The notes under the pieces were generated by a model. That model searched no databases, was not told where the DNA came from, and worked only from the letters and a program-made list of their open reading frames with translations. A DNA stretch of 64,000 bases from Lytechinus pictus (lineage: Eukaryota): positions 3,350,001 through 3,414,000 of the forward strand of contig NC_087251.1 of the NCBI RefSeq assembly GCF_037042905.1, in the 5' to 3' direction. Of this stretch, positions 1 to 14,303 are shown in pieces (positions within the stretch are counted from its first letter, which is position 1; every line of letters starts with the position of its first letter). A program made the position numbers and the translations under genes.

Positions 1-253
1 AGCGCGAGCGAAAAATAGACTATATAAAGTCTATTTTCCAATTCTTCTCCTCACTTTTTTCTTGTTTCTTTTCGGGGTCGGGCCGGCCGTTACGAGGCTG
101 TAAATTACACATCATGGGCATGATATACCTCTTTCTTACTTTTCTTTCTGTTTTTCATAGTTTCTATCAAGTTAAAGAGTACATTTTTTCTGCAGGTTGT
201 CAAAAAATAGGGGGGGCCGGGGCCGGCTCGGCCCCCTCCTGGATCCGCGCCTG
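1..253. mobile_element. Right end of a hAT-like MITE truncated by window edge
   Basis: Ends ...ccccctcctggatccgcgcctg. Confidence 0.45.
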
Positions 254-2104
254 AAAACAGAGTAAATTGCGTGATATTTTTTTTCCATCAATTTGAAGCT
301 AATTTGTGCCCAACTTCGGGCTCTGATTTTCATGAATGGAAAATATGTCCTACGATACGTCAACGAACGCGCATGCGCATTGTGCTTCTTTTTCTTGGAG
401 CTAGCTAGCTCCGGAGACGTCCAGGCCAGAGATGGAATTAAAAAAAAAAAATGCCAGTATAATACTATAAATATTTCCATATGAACATGACATGCTTTGC
501 TGACATTGTCAGTATTTTTAATATGGCCATAACATCTTATTAAATCGTAATTATTTAACATCCTATAATAATTTATATGAATTTAGTGCTCGATCCGAGA
601 CATATTTATTTCGATCGCATGCTCGTGTCTTAATCTTGTGTCTAAAATTTAAAAAATATGGATTATCATATCAGGATTAATTCTCGAACATCGTCATTAC
701 TCATATTCCACAATCTTTCCTCACAATCGTTATATCAGCATTGAATACCAATTCAAATGACCATCCAGAGAAAATTACGTATTTATTCCCGTCAATTTGG
801 AGCTCATTTTGGATCTAACTACACAATCTCAGGCAAGTTACAGTGCTCCCGCTGTTTGCACTTTTTTGCTGGCGCTGGCCTGGGCTGCGGGCCGGGCGGG
901 GCTGGTGTGTGCGAGTCTGGACCGCGAATGCTAGTTGACCGAAAATCGTTCGGATCGACTCTGCGTGATTCATGTCTTTGATATTGTTTCATTTTAAACT
1001 TATATATTGTCATCTTCAAATATCATTGTTGATGATATTTTGGGAAGATTTCTGCATTGGTCCCAGGCTTTCTTGGGTTTTGTGATCATAGAAAATACAA
1101 ATGAACTTTGCTCTGTCATCTGCTTGTGCAACGCTCACCCAGCCAGCGCATACCGTCAGTGCATGCAATGCGTGCATAGCGCATCGACGCGACGGCGCGG
1201 CCGGAGCAAAAAAAAGATTGACTCGATTTTCCCCGCCGCGCCTTCAAAATTCGATTCATCGATGTTCGATCGAATTAAAGCTGTCGAACACCGGTTTTCA
1301 AAATAATCGATATGACTCAGGCCAAAATAAACTGCCAGACAAGGTCTTTCATTTATTAAAAATGTTTGGCTAGCTGTTGCTATGTCAGAACTTTGTATGG
1401 TGAATCCTTGCATCTGATTGACTTAAAACAAATAAGTCAATAAAAATCACTGAAAAAATACTTTATGAAACCCTGACATGAAGTGACCTAAAATGAGGAT
1501 AAAACCCTTGAACACATCCCATAGAAACAGTATCTTGTGTTTGCATCTTGATTCATGATTATAGCTGAAGAGAGTTGCTTGAAATTAAATGCACCCTTCT
1601 TGTGGCATATATGTTACAGCCTTCATTTGAAATGGCCCTAAGACGTGAACATTCAATCTCCCATTGGAGGTACTCTGGGGAAACATAATCTAACATTTTT
1701 ATTACCATGCTTGGAATGTTCAATCTTGCTTCCCTGAAAAAAGGATGTTTATCATTTCTCTTTAAAAAATATTTCAAAACACTCAGTGACAATGGCTTTG
1801 AGGCAAAATACAATTTTAGTTTTAAGAAATGAATTTGATGAATTTGTCCTAACTTTGACTTTGATATTTTATCCCTCCATGATCTTTCATGGAATTCATC
1901 ATCAAATCAAAATTATTCTGATAACTGAATAATTAAATGAATAAAACAAACCAAAGGGGATTTTTTTTTTTCTATCAGTGAAATATTTTGACTTGAAGAG
2001 TTGTTTGCAGGTAGGGTTACATTGAGGTCTGGATTTGGGGATAACACCAAATCCTTATTTTATGATTTTGATTTTGCTCCATTTTTACATATTTTTCTGT
2101 AAAA

Positions 2105-2713
2105 AAGGTATGCACCAGGCTGAAGACATTTATATCTCAATAAAAGAGTAAAATTCACCAAGCAAAATGCTGAAAATTTGATCAAAATCAGATAACAAAT
2201 AACAAAGTTATCAAATTTTAAAGATTTGCATTATTCCGGTGAAACAGTTCTAGGCATTTCTTCATGAATAGTCATTGGGTGGGCTGCTGATGTCATATCT
2301 CCACTTGTTCTTTTGTATTTTATTATATGAAATTAGGTTTGTTCAAAAATTTTCTACCAAGAAATAAAACAATTGGATTGACTACTGATTAAGTGCATTA
2401 ATTATTCATTGCTGCAACTAATTTCATCATAAGGGAGATGCACCATTTACACATTTATGAAAAAAAATGAAACAATTATGATTTCAAGTAATATCATGTG
2501 AAAGAGGAAAGTGGGGATGTGACATCATCAGCCCACCTCATGAATAATCATTAAGACATGCCAAGAACTGTTTCACCAGAATAATGCAAATCTTTAAAAT
2601 TCAATAACTTCGCTATTTGTTATCCGATTTTGATAAATTTTCAGCAGTTTGCTCTGTGAATTTTACTCTATTTATTGAGATATAAATATCATCAGCCCGG
2701 AGTATCCCTTTAA
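2105..2713. mobile_element. Kolobok/T2-type MITE family C
   Basis: Aligns with 28756-29327; right end cagcccggagtatccct-ttaa. Confidence 0.78.
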
Positions 2714-2791
2714 CATTAACCATGAAACCTATGTGTAATGAATGCAGCTTGATTCTATCCTATCCTTCACTGTGACATGACAATCCCATAC

Positions 2792-2999
2792 CTTCATTTT
2801 CCTTCTCTTCTGTAGCATTACGTGCTTCAGCTGCATCCATAGCCTCAGTCATAGTAGGTACTCTGAAGGATCCTTGTCTGGTAAAGCTTGTCTTGTTTAC
2901 ATCAAACTCTACCTTGACTCCACACAGCTTGTCCCTCTGTTGCTTGCGTTCCAGACATGCTGCGAATGCACAACCCACGGCATGGCTCAGACGTTCACC
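2792..2999 (-). CDS. numb: Numb exon [69 protein letters not shown]; gene continues beyond window
   Basis: 208 nt, tctcag| ... G|GTATGG; matches Numb [20 protein letters not shown]...TFTREGSFR. Confidence 0.96.
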
Positions 3000-3744
3000 C
3001 TGAGATACAAACCAACCATTAACAATCAGGGTGAAATGAAACCTCATTCAAATATATAGATTTTATGAACAATGGTTGGAGCAATAACATTTACGTAAAA
3101 ATAAAAATGGTCATCCAATACATTTGTAAAAACAAACAAACAAACTTTGCCTCCTCCAAAAAATGATATTAGTATTTTCAACACATAAAGTAGATTATTC
3201 TCAGTATTTATTTAATACTATTAAAAAAATATATGTATTATTATCACAAGCTAATTACAAAAAAGGATGTGAATAACTTTTGAATCCTTTACAAAATTTT
3301 CATCACTAGAAGAGAAAAGGTGAGAAACTGTTGCCAGTCCATCAAGTGGGTTTAAACAATACAAAAACAAAATAGATCTGCATCAAAGATAAAATATGGC
3401 CTTAGGAAAAAGAATTTCATCCTCATGTTTTATATTGATATGGTATAGAAAGCCATTTCCATGACCCTTATTTTTAGCCAATCTTGACAAGTAATTGCAT
3501 AGGATTCATGAAAAACAACTAGAGAATAGTTAATTTGACAGTTGAGATGAACGCCTCAAGATGTACTTGAACTGTTATCATAAATTCAATCACCGTATGA
3601 TTTCCTGGATTGGTAATTCCCAAGCCAGTTGATTGCTCATCATTATTCAATGTGCAGAATATCATCAAGTACTTCACAAGTGTAGATTTCCCACACTTCC
3701 TTTTCATTTTTTTTCCCTGTTAAATATTGTGTATCAAAAAGCAG

Positions 3745-4100
3745 AAGCATTGTGGTGTAGTGGTTTTGACTTGTAATCAGAGGGTCATGTATTCAAATCC
3801 TATTACAGCTTGACATCGTTTGGCGAAGTGTCAAATCCACACTTGTCACTCTCTACCCAGAAGTTAAATGGGTACATCTGGTAAGATGCAAAATTTCATG
3901 CAGCATGCAGAGCAATAGGGTTGGGAAGCTCTTGCTTCATCACTCCCCAGGGAGTGGAGAAAGTATATACACTTGCATTGTATGGGGGCAAGCCCAGATC
4001 CAATGATCAGAGAAAGACGTGTAGGCCTACATGTATCAGTAAAGTGTTCAAATACATTCCACTGTAAATAATGTATAAGCAGAATATTATGATAATTATC
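3745..4100 (+). mobile_element. Degenerate tRNA-derived SINE
   Basis: A box tggtgtagtgg, B-box-like attcaaatcc, central ctctacccag...aaatgggtac block typical of invertebrate SINE2. Confidence 0.6.
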
Positions 4101-5477
4101 AAAAAATTTATAAAGCGCATCTTACAATGTCTGAACAGGATAAATCACTACTTCGGTGATTCGCTTTATCATAATAGTGTTATTATCACTTATTTTTCAA
4201 AGCCTAAAAGCTCTATAAAAACATATGCCAGATAAAGACTAAACCCTTTTTTACTTTTTTTCTCTCTTTTTCTTTTTTTTTGCCTAATGGACCTGTTTAA
4301 TACACCCATTGGGTTTTGTTTCCAAAGTGAAAGTCATTATCACTCTTTTCGCTTTTTTCCACAACATACAAATAGAACAAAAACACAGCAAAATATCACA
4401 TCCATCACTGAATATCTATAAATATCCCCATGAGTGAATTTATAGCCATATTAATTTTCTTTTGTTCTACACTCTAGCACCAGATATATTTAGAAGCTAG
4501 CTAGCCTACTAATACTTCAAACACAATTTATCTTTCCTTTGGGGGATATGGATGGGTATTCTTTACAGGAAGTAGTAGCCTTGACATGTCCTGTCAGTGT
4601 GTCTTGCTTGAGCTAGCTTGGACTGCAAATTAGGCCACTGGTTGACATGCAAACTATGATCCTCTTGTTCCACTTTTTTAAAGCTCAGCATTAGACCCTG
4701 GTCATTCTATTCATCCCTTGGATCTTTCATATGGATTATGTTGCTTGGTATTAGCATTTTGTGTCTTACAGGAAGGAGGAGAGATGATCAACAAAAGATA
4801 TATATATAACAGACAGGGAGGGATCCAAAACAAGTTCTAAGAATAAACCGAAGGGTGTTGAGGGTATGAGCAGATCCAAAATTTTGAATAGGAAGGAGTA
4901 GTTTCTGGCGTCTCCAACTGAGAAGAAAATAAATTCCAAAATTTAAGGGGCAGTTCACCCTGACGCACAGTTTGTTGTAAAAATAGCAGATAAATTTTTT
5001 TTGAAAATAATGGTGAAGGTTTGAGGAAAATCCATTAAAGATAGAAGTTATTAGACTTTCAAGTTTTTGATTTGTGACGTCATAAACGAGCAGCTGCCCC
5101 ATATGTTATGTAATATATTATGCATAGATTTATCCCTTTTTTGACGGTACATGGTGACTAATTTTTTTTCTTTTTAGGAGCAGGTGTGAAATGATTTTGC
5201 ATTGATATACTGAAGGTACAATAAAAACTGTTTACGTTTTTCTGAGAAATGGATATTTCATTGATTTTTACCATAAGATATAAAGGAAAGTTGATCGCGT
5301 ATGACGTCACAAATCAAATAATTAGAATTTCAATAACTTTTCATTCCTTTATGGATTTCCCTCAAAACTTTGCCAATATTTTTCATTATTTTTTTTATAT
5401 TTTCACTGCATATCAGATGGAGGAGGGTAAGGCCTGACTACATGGGAACATTTATTTATTATTTCATTAATATTTGT

Positions 5478-5704
5478 AAAGCCTGGCTCACCCCTTTGCA
5501 TTTTGGGCTTGCGTTTTTGGCTTGAGTTTAGAAAAGAGAATCTGAGTTTAGCAAACGCAACACGACACAATGAGATGAGGTCAATATGCAGTCTAACACA
5601 GATTCAAACCAAATATTTTGCTGCGTAGTATGCTGCATCTTGATTTTTTTTGCTATTACATAGCATTACGCAGCTTAAAGCGCAAAGGTGTGAGCCAGGC
5701 TTTA
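5478..5704. mobile_element. Short MITE
   Basis: taaagcctggctcacccctttgc / gcaaaggtgtgagccaggcttta. Confidence 0.7.
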
Positions 5705-5842
5705 GAAGTTGCTGAAATCCTTCCATCTGACAATGTCAACACTCTTTGTTAATTGATTAAATGACACCCTGTTCAATCTCAAGAATGCATTGTTACACAT
5801 GAACATTTATACTTTCATCTGAACATGGATCCTAATACTCAC

Positions 5843-5983
5843 AGGTTCTCGTAGTGAGTGAAAGCAATGGCATAGCCATCTCCTTGTAGTACCATCTCTG
5901 CAGATATAGGAGAACCCCTTGTCATTGTTGCGATCTGGTGCACAAAAGGACACTTTTTCTATAGTCTGGTCAACAATAAGGCC
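5843..5983 (-). CDS. numb: Numb PTB exon [47 protein letters not shown]
   Basis: 141 nt, (ct)n-ttttcag| ... |GTGAGT; near-identical to Numb [17 protein letters not shown]...[12 protein letters not shown]. Confidence 0.97.
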
Positions 5984-6754
5984 CTGAAAAGAGAGAGAGA
6001 GAAAAGTATTGAGTCATCAGATTAGAAAATAATTTGATACAACCACAAGATTTTTTTTTCCTATGATTTTGAAAAGGTTGTTTGGCAGTTTTTAAAAACA
6101 GGAGGCATACCGGTAACCTGTCAAACTTGATCAACTACTATTAGTAGTAAAATGTATCAAAGTACTCGATCTTATGTCAAATTTCTTGGACAAGACATGC
6201 AAGAAATGATCTTGAAAAATGAGTGAACATGTACATCACATTTATAGTTGGATTACAGTTCATAAAGGCCCTACTTGGCCTACCTTTTCTCAGATGAGAA
6301 ATCAATTTTCTGAATGTGGTTTTTAAATCCAATTTGTTCGCTCTGAATTATCTGGTAGATACATCACACTAATGAGATTTTGAAATCTACGTGCACATTA
6401 AGTCTATATTACACATAAAGTATTCCAACCAGACATCCCTGGTACATGTAGTCTATTTTTAATCTCTTCAAAGAGGAGATTAAAAATAGCAAGGGCACAT
6501 CAAGGACTATGACAGAATCCAAACAATAATCAGCCATTCAACTATTCAATTGAGGGGTTTTGTGAAGGCTGTAGCAATATTCTGCTGAGGAAACTTTCAG
6601 ATTGATGACTGATCAGAGAATTCATTAAACCCAAGCTACAGGTATATCTACATCTTTTTTAAATACAGTACAGACCAAGTATTAGTTCTTCACAGATTTG
6701 ATGACAAAGAAAATAACACAATTACACTGGTGCTAAAAATTAGTGAATCCCCCT

Positions 6755-7932
6755 GGGGGGGGGGGGGGCTTACATTGACAAGTGGTACCGTGTACGACCA
6801 AAAAACATGTAAAAAGGATGTCTCTTTCAAGATAGGGCACGTAATGAAATAAGGGTGACATAAATACTAAAATAATGAAAAAAGGGTATCTATTTCACTA
6901 AGAAAGCTACGTGTTTAGGGTCAAATTTCTGAAGGTATAAAAACTTAAGACTAATGTTTTATAAAGGATGTACTTTTTGCCCCAACAGTCAACACTAGGC
7001 TAACGTTACATGTTTAGAGTACGATTTGCGCGAGGTGCAGCCGTATTAAACCCAATGATGTAGGTAAAGGTAAAACCGACCACTTGCGTCCGTGACATAC
7101 ATGTAACAATTAAATATTGCTGTACTTGTTTAGGGGTTCAATTCAGGAAATACTTGCCAAGAGTATTGTTTTATTTCCAATACTAGTTAAGGGTAGGGTT
7201 TCACACGCCAATACTTGTTAAAGGTCAAGTCCACCTCAGAAAAATGTTGATTTGAATGAATAGAGAAAAATCAGACAAGCACAATGCTGAAAATTTCATC
7301 AAAATCGGATGTAAAATAAGAAAGTTATGACATTTCAAAGTTTCGCTTATTTTTAACAAAATAGTTATATGAACGAGCCAGATACATCCATATGAGTGAG
7401 TCGATGATGTCACTCACTCATTATTTCTTTTGTTTTTTATTGTTTGAATTATACAATATTTCAATTTTTACGAATTTGATGATTAGGACCTCCTTGCCTG
7501 AAGCACAAAATGTTAAAATAATGGAATTCCACGTGTTCAGGGAGGAATGAAACTTCATTTCAAATGGCAATGACGAGAAAATCAAAATATTTCATATTTC
7601 ATACAATAAAATACAAAAGAAATAGTGAGTGAGTGACATCATCGACTCTCTCATCTGGATGTAACTGGCTCGTTCATATATCTATTTTGTTAAAAATAAG
7701 AGAAACTTTAAAATGTCATAACTTTCTTATTTTACATCCGATTTTGATGAAATTTTCAGTGTTATGCTTGTTGAATTTTTCTCTTTTTATTCAAATCAAG
7801 TTTTTGTTGGGGTGGACTTGTCCTTTAAGGGGTGCATTTTCAGAATATGGAAAATACTTGTTAAGGGTGCTCAGGGAGAGCCCACTGTCACACATGGTAT
7901 CCACTCGTCAATGGAAGTAGCCCCCCCCCCCC
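6755..7932. mobile_element. Poly-G/poly-C-ended MITE hosting the 7222 element
   Basis: gggggcttacattgacaagtggtacc versus ggtatccactcgtcaatggaagtagccccc inverted termini. Confidence 0.65.
7222..7824. mobile_element. Kolobok/T2-type MITE, family A
   Basis: TTAA flanks, TIR AGGTCAAGTCCACC...GGTGGACTTGTCCT with long imperfect inverted arms. Confidence 0.88.
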
Positions 7933-8101
7933 GACCCCACCAGAACATGGACATATTCAAAGTGTTCTCCCATATTTAATTGTGAAGTCAGGTGATAAAA
8001 TATTACATTCAAAAGTTTATTTCTCTGGGCTTGGAGAGCATTGTTGTCTACATTCAACACTCAGCATAAAGGAGTGTATTTTGTGGTGGGGTTCATTAAA
8101 C

Positions 8102-8838
8102 CAGGCCTCTACAAAAAAAAATTTGTCACTTGCCCTGTTGGGCAAGTGATGAAAAAATTTACTGGAAGTTTGCAAAATGTTGGCTGCGGGCGTCGATTGT
8201 ATTTTGATACACTATGGAAATCGTACACTTTATTGTCGGCTGCTTGCGTTCGCATGGTCGCATCCGGACAACAGCGGCGCTATTGCTCCCTTTTCGATCC
8301 CATGATCCTTTGCGTGAATCTTTTTGCAATAAGGTCTATAATAAAAACCATTTACCTAGTGTAACATCATAAATTAGAGTAAAGAAAGAGCTGAATATTC
8401 TTCATTTTTTCAGTAGTTTCCAACTCAATCAAAACAATTTCAAGGTAATATGGAAAATAGATGGCCATTTCATGGATTTTTGCAAAATGTGAAATTTTAG
8501 CCACTTTTGGTGTGCATCGGCAAATTGCTCAAGTAGCGCATGCACAGTCATTGCACACATAGAACGTAAGATGCGATGGCATGGTTTTTCGAACGAGGTA
8601 CCTGGCGATAAATTATTGGTAATTGGCGCTGATTTTACATCAGTTTACACTGTTTTTTTACTGGTTTGACATAATCTGAGAGATAGTTGTGATTATCCAA
8701 AAGATATTGAAATTTAGAGGGTCTACTGATATTTTATTTCCAAAACATCCACTTGCCTGATCGGGCAATTGACTTTGAGAAATGCTTGCCCGCATGTCAT
8801 TTTCACTTGCCCCGGGCAAGCGGGTTTGTCCCGCCCTG
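8102..8838. mobile_element. hAT-like MITE
   Basis: cagg ... cctg termini flanked by attaaac on both sides; cttgccc/gggcaa subterminal repeats. Confidence 0.6.
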
Positions 8839-9084
8839 ATTAAACTTTTGAGGACAACTGTACATGCAGGCCTTCATGTACAGTACATGTATCCAATACA
8901 ACTACAAGTAGGCCTACAGCATAACCAAAAAGAAATTAGGACAAGTTTCATTTTCTCATGAGCTCTTAATTTCAATTTGAACGTGACCTCTACACTTTCA
9001 TTGACAGTAATTAAAGTCACTCTCTGTCTCGATTTCCTGTCAATGTAAAACTTACAATTTTTTAAACTACATGTACTTACTTAA

Positions 9085-10071
9085 AGGTCAAGTCCACCTC
9101 AGAAAAAAGTTGATTTGAATCAATAGAGAAAAATCAAACAAGCATATCCCTGAAAATGTCATCAAACTCAGATATAAAATAATAAGTTATGTTAGTTTTT
9201 ATACTTATTTTTCACAAAACTGTTATAGGGGCAATTCCATAGGTTGGTGGACATGAGCTCAATGTGTCTTTGTACATATAGCCCATCTGAACCGTAACGT
9301 GAGTAACCACTTTATCTGCACCCCTAGTAAAAACCATGTGTTCTTTATTTTTTTAATTATATACAAATTTGTCTCCCTAATATACTTCTTTGAAATGGAT
9401 ATAATCAACTTTCATAAAAGCCTTGCATGAGGACACTTTCACTTATGTCCACTTTTCATTTTATGCATGTCCAAATCATGTAACATGAGTAACCGACACA
9501 TTTAAAAGATTTGCCAGGAGCATAATGAAATTTCCCAAGTTTTGTTTTTATACAAAGGATAGTCTGACTGCATACTATGTTGTGATAAAGAGATGTTTAG
9601 TTCCTATCAATAATAATGGAGTTACAGCTCCAAGTATGAGTCAAGGTGTCTCCAAATGTAACGTGAGTAACCGTGGAATAGCCCATAGGCACAACTCAGT
9701 GATATGCAAATGAGAGAGTCAATGATATTGATGTCACTATTTGAATAATAAATACAAAACGTCAATTTTTACCTTTTTGACAAAAGGACCCTCTTTATTA
9801 AACAAAAGAATGTAAAAAAAAGTTAATTCCAAATGTTCAAACAATGGTAATGCCAAATGTTCAGGGAGAAACTTCATGTGAAAATGAGAAAAAAAAACTT
9901 CTTTTGGGTCCCCTCATTTGCATACCGTACCAAAAACTGAACCAGGATGTGGAAGCCAAACTTTAAATTGTCATAACTTTCTTAATTTAGATATAATTTT
10001 TGTTTTTATGCTTGTTTGATTTTTTCTTTTTATTTAATCAAATCAACTTTTTGTTGGGTTGGACTTGACCT
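9085..10071. mobile_element. Kolobok/T2-type MITE family A, interrupted
   Basis: ttaa-aggtcaagtccacc ... ggacttgacct-ttaa; contains insertion 9228-9684. Confidence 0.85.
9228..9684. mobile_element. MITE with 3-bp TSD (ATA), possibly PIF/Harbinger-like
   Basis: ata-ggggcaattcca ... tggaatagccc-ata; internal repeats gtaacgtgagtaacc. Confidence 0.6.
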
Positions 10072-11124
10072 TTAATCAGTTTTAAAAGTTGTAAATTTTA
10101 CAGTGACAGGAAATCAAGACAGAGAATGAATAATTACTGTGAGAGAATGTTGTAAACCTGACATTTGACAGTAGCCACATTTACTTTCAGAGTCCTAACT
10201 TACGAGTTTAATATACAATAAGGAAATTGATTGCATTTATTCATCAGGGATTCGTATAAATGGACGATATTCATTTCATAATCATTCAAGCTTGATCACA
10301 GAAACCAAGTTGATGCATGGAATGCGTATGACGGCCATGCAAGATGCAAATTGCAATTCAGCAAATTATTGTTTGTGACCTTCATAATGCAATCTACAGA
10401 CCAAAATTACCTACACAGAGTACAAGAGATGCGCATTAATTATGTATGACTACAGGCTACATGTACTTCTCATTTTCTAGGAATAAAGTACAGGCTTGTA
10501 CCCTAATATTCAAAATTCAAATTACATATTATAATCAATAAAACCAATGATCTCACTAACTCATTTTTTACTTCTATTTATTATAATTTGGAATATACAT
10601 GTATTTCCAGTTTGGAAGTATTGATAATAAGCTCTTAATTTAACATCTACATGTAATGTCATTGTGTGTAAATTTTTACTGGTGTTATTCAAATTAACCA
10701 GGGTGGACTTAACCTTTGTACAGTATGTCAATATTGTTAACTACACATGATATAGGCCACACAGTTAATACTTGAAACACTCTCAAAGATTCAAGGTGAA
10801 ATTAGATCTACAGAACTGTTATATTCTATACTTTCTACATCATACAGTTATAGTTTCATGGTGAGAGAGTTGGCACATTAAATTATACCGGTTAACTACT
10901 TGCTCAGTTAATTAAAATGAAATATAATTGAAGTAAAATCCAGAATTTCAAATACATTTTTTTCCAGCAAATTTGGTTAAAATACATGTACACATTGAGA
11001 TTGAGTCTTGTGCGTCGGCAGTGTTCTCACTGCAGTATTGCAGTTAAAGTCCCAAACAGACAAAATGGCAGCATAAACCAACGCAATAGGATTATAATTT
11101 CACAAGTCCAATATTCAAGCAATT

Positions 11125-12268
11125 AAGCAGAATGCCTCTGGCAGTCTCGCCTGCATTACACAATTTAATATACCAGCAGTGCCGACTTTGAAAACAGCTA
11201 TTGAATAATTATTCAAAAAAGAAAACATTCATATGATGTCCATTGACCCAAAATGACCTTCGACCATGATCATGTGACATACATGTAAGATGTGTGCAAA
11301 ACAATCATTTATACTTGAATACCCTTATTCATGAACTACACATAGATCCATAAACTTTCTATTAAGTTCGACAAATACCAACAACACGGACAGAGTTCAT
11401 TGACCTTAAATGACCTTTGATCTTGGTCATGTTCCTGAAACGTGCACAGGATATTTAGGGATACTTGGTTGCTCTTTATGTCCAAGTTTATTATTATTAT
11501 TATTATTTTAATATTCGACCAATATAAAAAGTACATACACATTACATCAGAAAAAATAATTACAGTACGTGAACATGCAAAGAAATGCGGGAACGGCATG
11601 TGGGTCAGGGGGCACAAAAGCGAAATTCATCACTGTTGCCCGAAGGCATGAACCCCCACACATGCCGCTCAAAATACATAAATCAAATATATAAATACTC
11701 TTACACAAAAAATATTGCACGTTGAAAAAGGGAATACTAAAATGGGTGCAAAAAAAGATTATTATAGGCTTTGAGATGCATTAGAAAAAAAATATTACTG
11801 AACTAGAACTAGATCCAACTAGATCCATAAACTTTTAAGTTATGATAATTTCACAAATACCTGCAATATTACCAAAGTTTGCTGATCCTAAATGACCTTT
11901 GACCTTGGTCATGTGACCTGAATCTCGCACAGGATGTTCAGGGATACATGGTTGCTCTAATGTTCAAGTTTCATGAACTAGATCCATAAAATGAAGTTAA
12001 GATGACAATTTCACAAATATACCCCCAACATGGTCACAGTGACATTTGACCTTGGTCATGTGACCTGAAACTCAGGCAGGACATTTGGTAATACTTAAAT
12101 ACCCTTATATCCAAGTTTAATGAACTACATGTAGGTCCATATACCTTCTAAGTTATGATGACATTTCAAAAACTTAACCTTGGTTAAGATTTTTATGTTG
12201 ACGATGCCGTCGGAAAAGTGGCGCCTATAGTCTCGCTTTGCAATGCTGCTATGCAGGCGAGACAAAAA
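11125..12268 (+). mobile_element. Pearl/Tsp/HINE-like tandem-repeat element
   Basis: 5' gtctcgcctgcat, ~124-bp units (gacctttgaccttggtcatgtgacctgaaactc), 3' hairpin ...atgcaggcgagac-aaaaa. Confidence 0.78.
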
Positions 12269-13912
12269 TTAGGTTTTAAAATGGTTGATTGTCAAAGTCT
12301 TTGTCTCAATTTAAATTATTTAGCAGTTCATCTATCTGGAAGAAATTGCAACAGTGATCAGCAGTGCTGTTTTGCCATCGGCGGACCAGTTGGTTGGACT
12401 CAGCCTTAGTTGCATAAAACCGAAAGTTAATGTTTGATAATAATTTCATCAAAAGTTATCAGATAACATGGGTGAACTGTCAAATGTTCAGCACTTTTTA
12501 ATGGAGTTGGGATAATATTAGATAATTTTCATTAGTTTTTATATAGCGATTAATTTCTTATTACTACCACTACTCATCACAAATATATTCCCCGAAATAT
12601 AATCATGAAGACAACACGATGGTGAATCTTTATGTTCTCACCATAACAAGATACTGCCAACCAACATCCCTAAACTGACCAACCTTACTTCGGCCAACAC
12701 TTGTGTCAAAGCATGGTCCTATTAGGTCCATGGTCAAAGTAAAGTATCTTTCTATCTGTAGACCTTGCTTTTCTCAAGCTAAAACACAACAAAATTTAAC
12801 AATACATAAAATAAGCATGCATATAAAAGCCTTGAAAAAAACCCACAATGATTGCAAACTTGAGGTCAGTTGTTTTCACATCAATCTAAATAAAAATATC
12901 ATGAAGGTCAAAATATCAATTTCCAGCTGACTACACTAACAAATGGAAACTGCAGCATTGCTGGATTTCGTGTTTAAAAATCATAAAGGGGAAAAAGGGA
13001 GGAAAACATATAGGCCGACCTGTTTTCGAAGAGCTATCAAACATCTTTTTAGACTTGGGCTATTTAAGTATTCTTGAGGCAAGTCTTATCACATAAAATA
13101 CAGACAATATCCTAAAAGCTGAAAATCTTTTTTTTTTCAGATCCTTTGTTTTCACATCTTTAATGTGACAGGCACCTAACCTCAAATTTTAATGCTAAAA
13201 CCAATTGATGCTAAATCTAGTCACATGAATAGCCATAACAAAATAGCTGCTCATTGTGAATAGTAATCCACAATGCAGGCCTACATATAGTTGAATGTTT
13301 TGATAGCATTGTGAGCTAATTTACTTAATATTTGAAAACTTTTCTTTGAAATAAAGTCATGACACATACATCAATTATTTTTCAGGAAAACAAACACTAA
13401 TTAGAACAACTGAAATGAACCTAATCATGGTGCCTCAAATAATGACTCACTTTTTTTAATAGTGTCAATGAATCTAATTTACTACTCCTCTACAAAATGA
13501 CAATCACTTCTTACATAAATTAAATATTACAACAAAGGACTCTATTCAAGCAAGAATGGCAATATCATTTTTTTTGCTGCATACTGGTATTTAGCATTTT
13601 TCTATTTAAGCTAACGACCTACATATGAATGATTTAAAGGTCATGCAAAAACACACCCAATTCCATTCAAACACCTCACCAACACATATGCCTACAGTAC
13701 ATACAAACAGTAATTTCAACACGTCCATAACCCTTGCATATGTATCATTTAATATTCCTGCAATGCACCACACCCACCATACATACCTAACCAACAGTCA
13801 GGCATATGAACATGTGACTTATTGGATTGATAAACATGGGAGTAAAAGGAGTGTACATAACAAGAAAAAAAACCTATGTGAATTGTAAAATATATATATA
13901 TATAGTGATACA

Positions 13913-14195
13913 GTGCCCCCCCCCCCCCCCCCGTCTTACGAGTTACGATTGATCAAATCAACCACAACAATGGAAAGCCAGCAACGTCAACATCTAAAAT
14001 ACATGTTTTGTTCAAAATATTTTCTAGATATGATGAATTTTCATACAATCATATTTTTCTTGAAAATTCAGTGTGCTTGTCTTTTTGACAAAGGACATTG
14101 TGCAAATTTCCTGAAGAAAAATAATGACATTGACAGATTTCCTTATACTTAATGCTGATTGGATCAATCGCATCTCTTTGTAAGACGGGGCCCAG
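13913..14195. mobile_element. Short MITE next to numb exon
   Basis: ccccgtcttac...cgattgatc / gatcaatcg...gtaagacgggg. Confidence 0.65.
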
Positions 14196-14228
14196 GACCT
14201 GGATATAAAGCATTGCATAATAACTTAC

Positions 14229-14303
14229 TTTACTCTCTTCCTCAACTACTCTCAATCCATCTGATGAAACCCACAGAACTGCCCGCAGTTTTTTTCTTGT
14301 ACT
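14229..14303 (-). CDS. numb: Numb PTB exon STRKKLRAVLWVSSDGLRVVEEESK
   Basis: 75 nt, ctacacag| ... |GTAAGT; matches human TGKKAVKAVLWVSADGLRVVDEKTK. Confidence 0.96.

Noticed and set aside
819..1019. Proline-rich minus-strand ORF as the next Numb exon
   Set aside because: No resemblance to Numb C-terminal motifs and no convincing splice sites.
1559..1813. 84-aa minus-strand ORF
   Set aside because: No recognisable homology or supported exon boundaries.
7225..7920. Recurring ORFs LKCHNFLILHPILMKFS (also 36041-36322)
   Set aside because: Incidental translations of MITE inverted arms.
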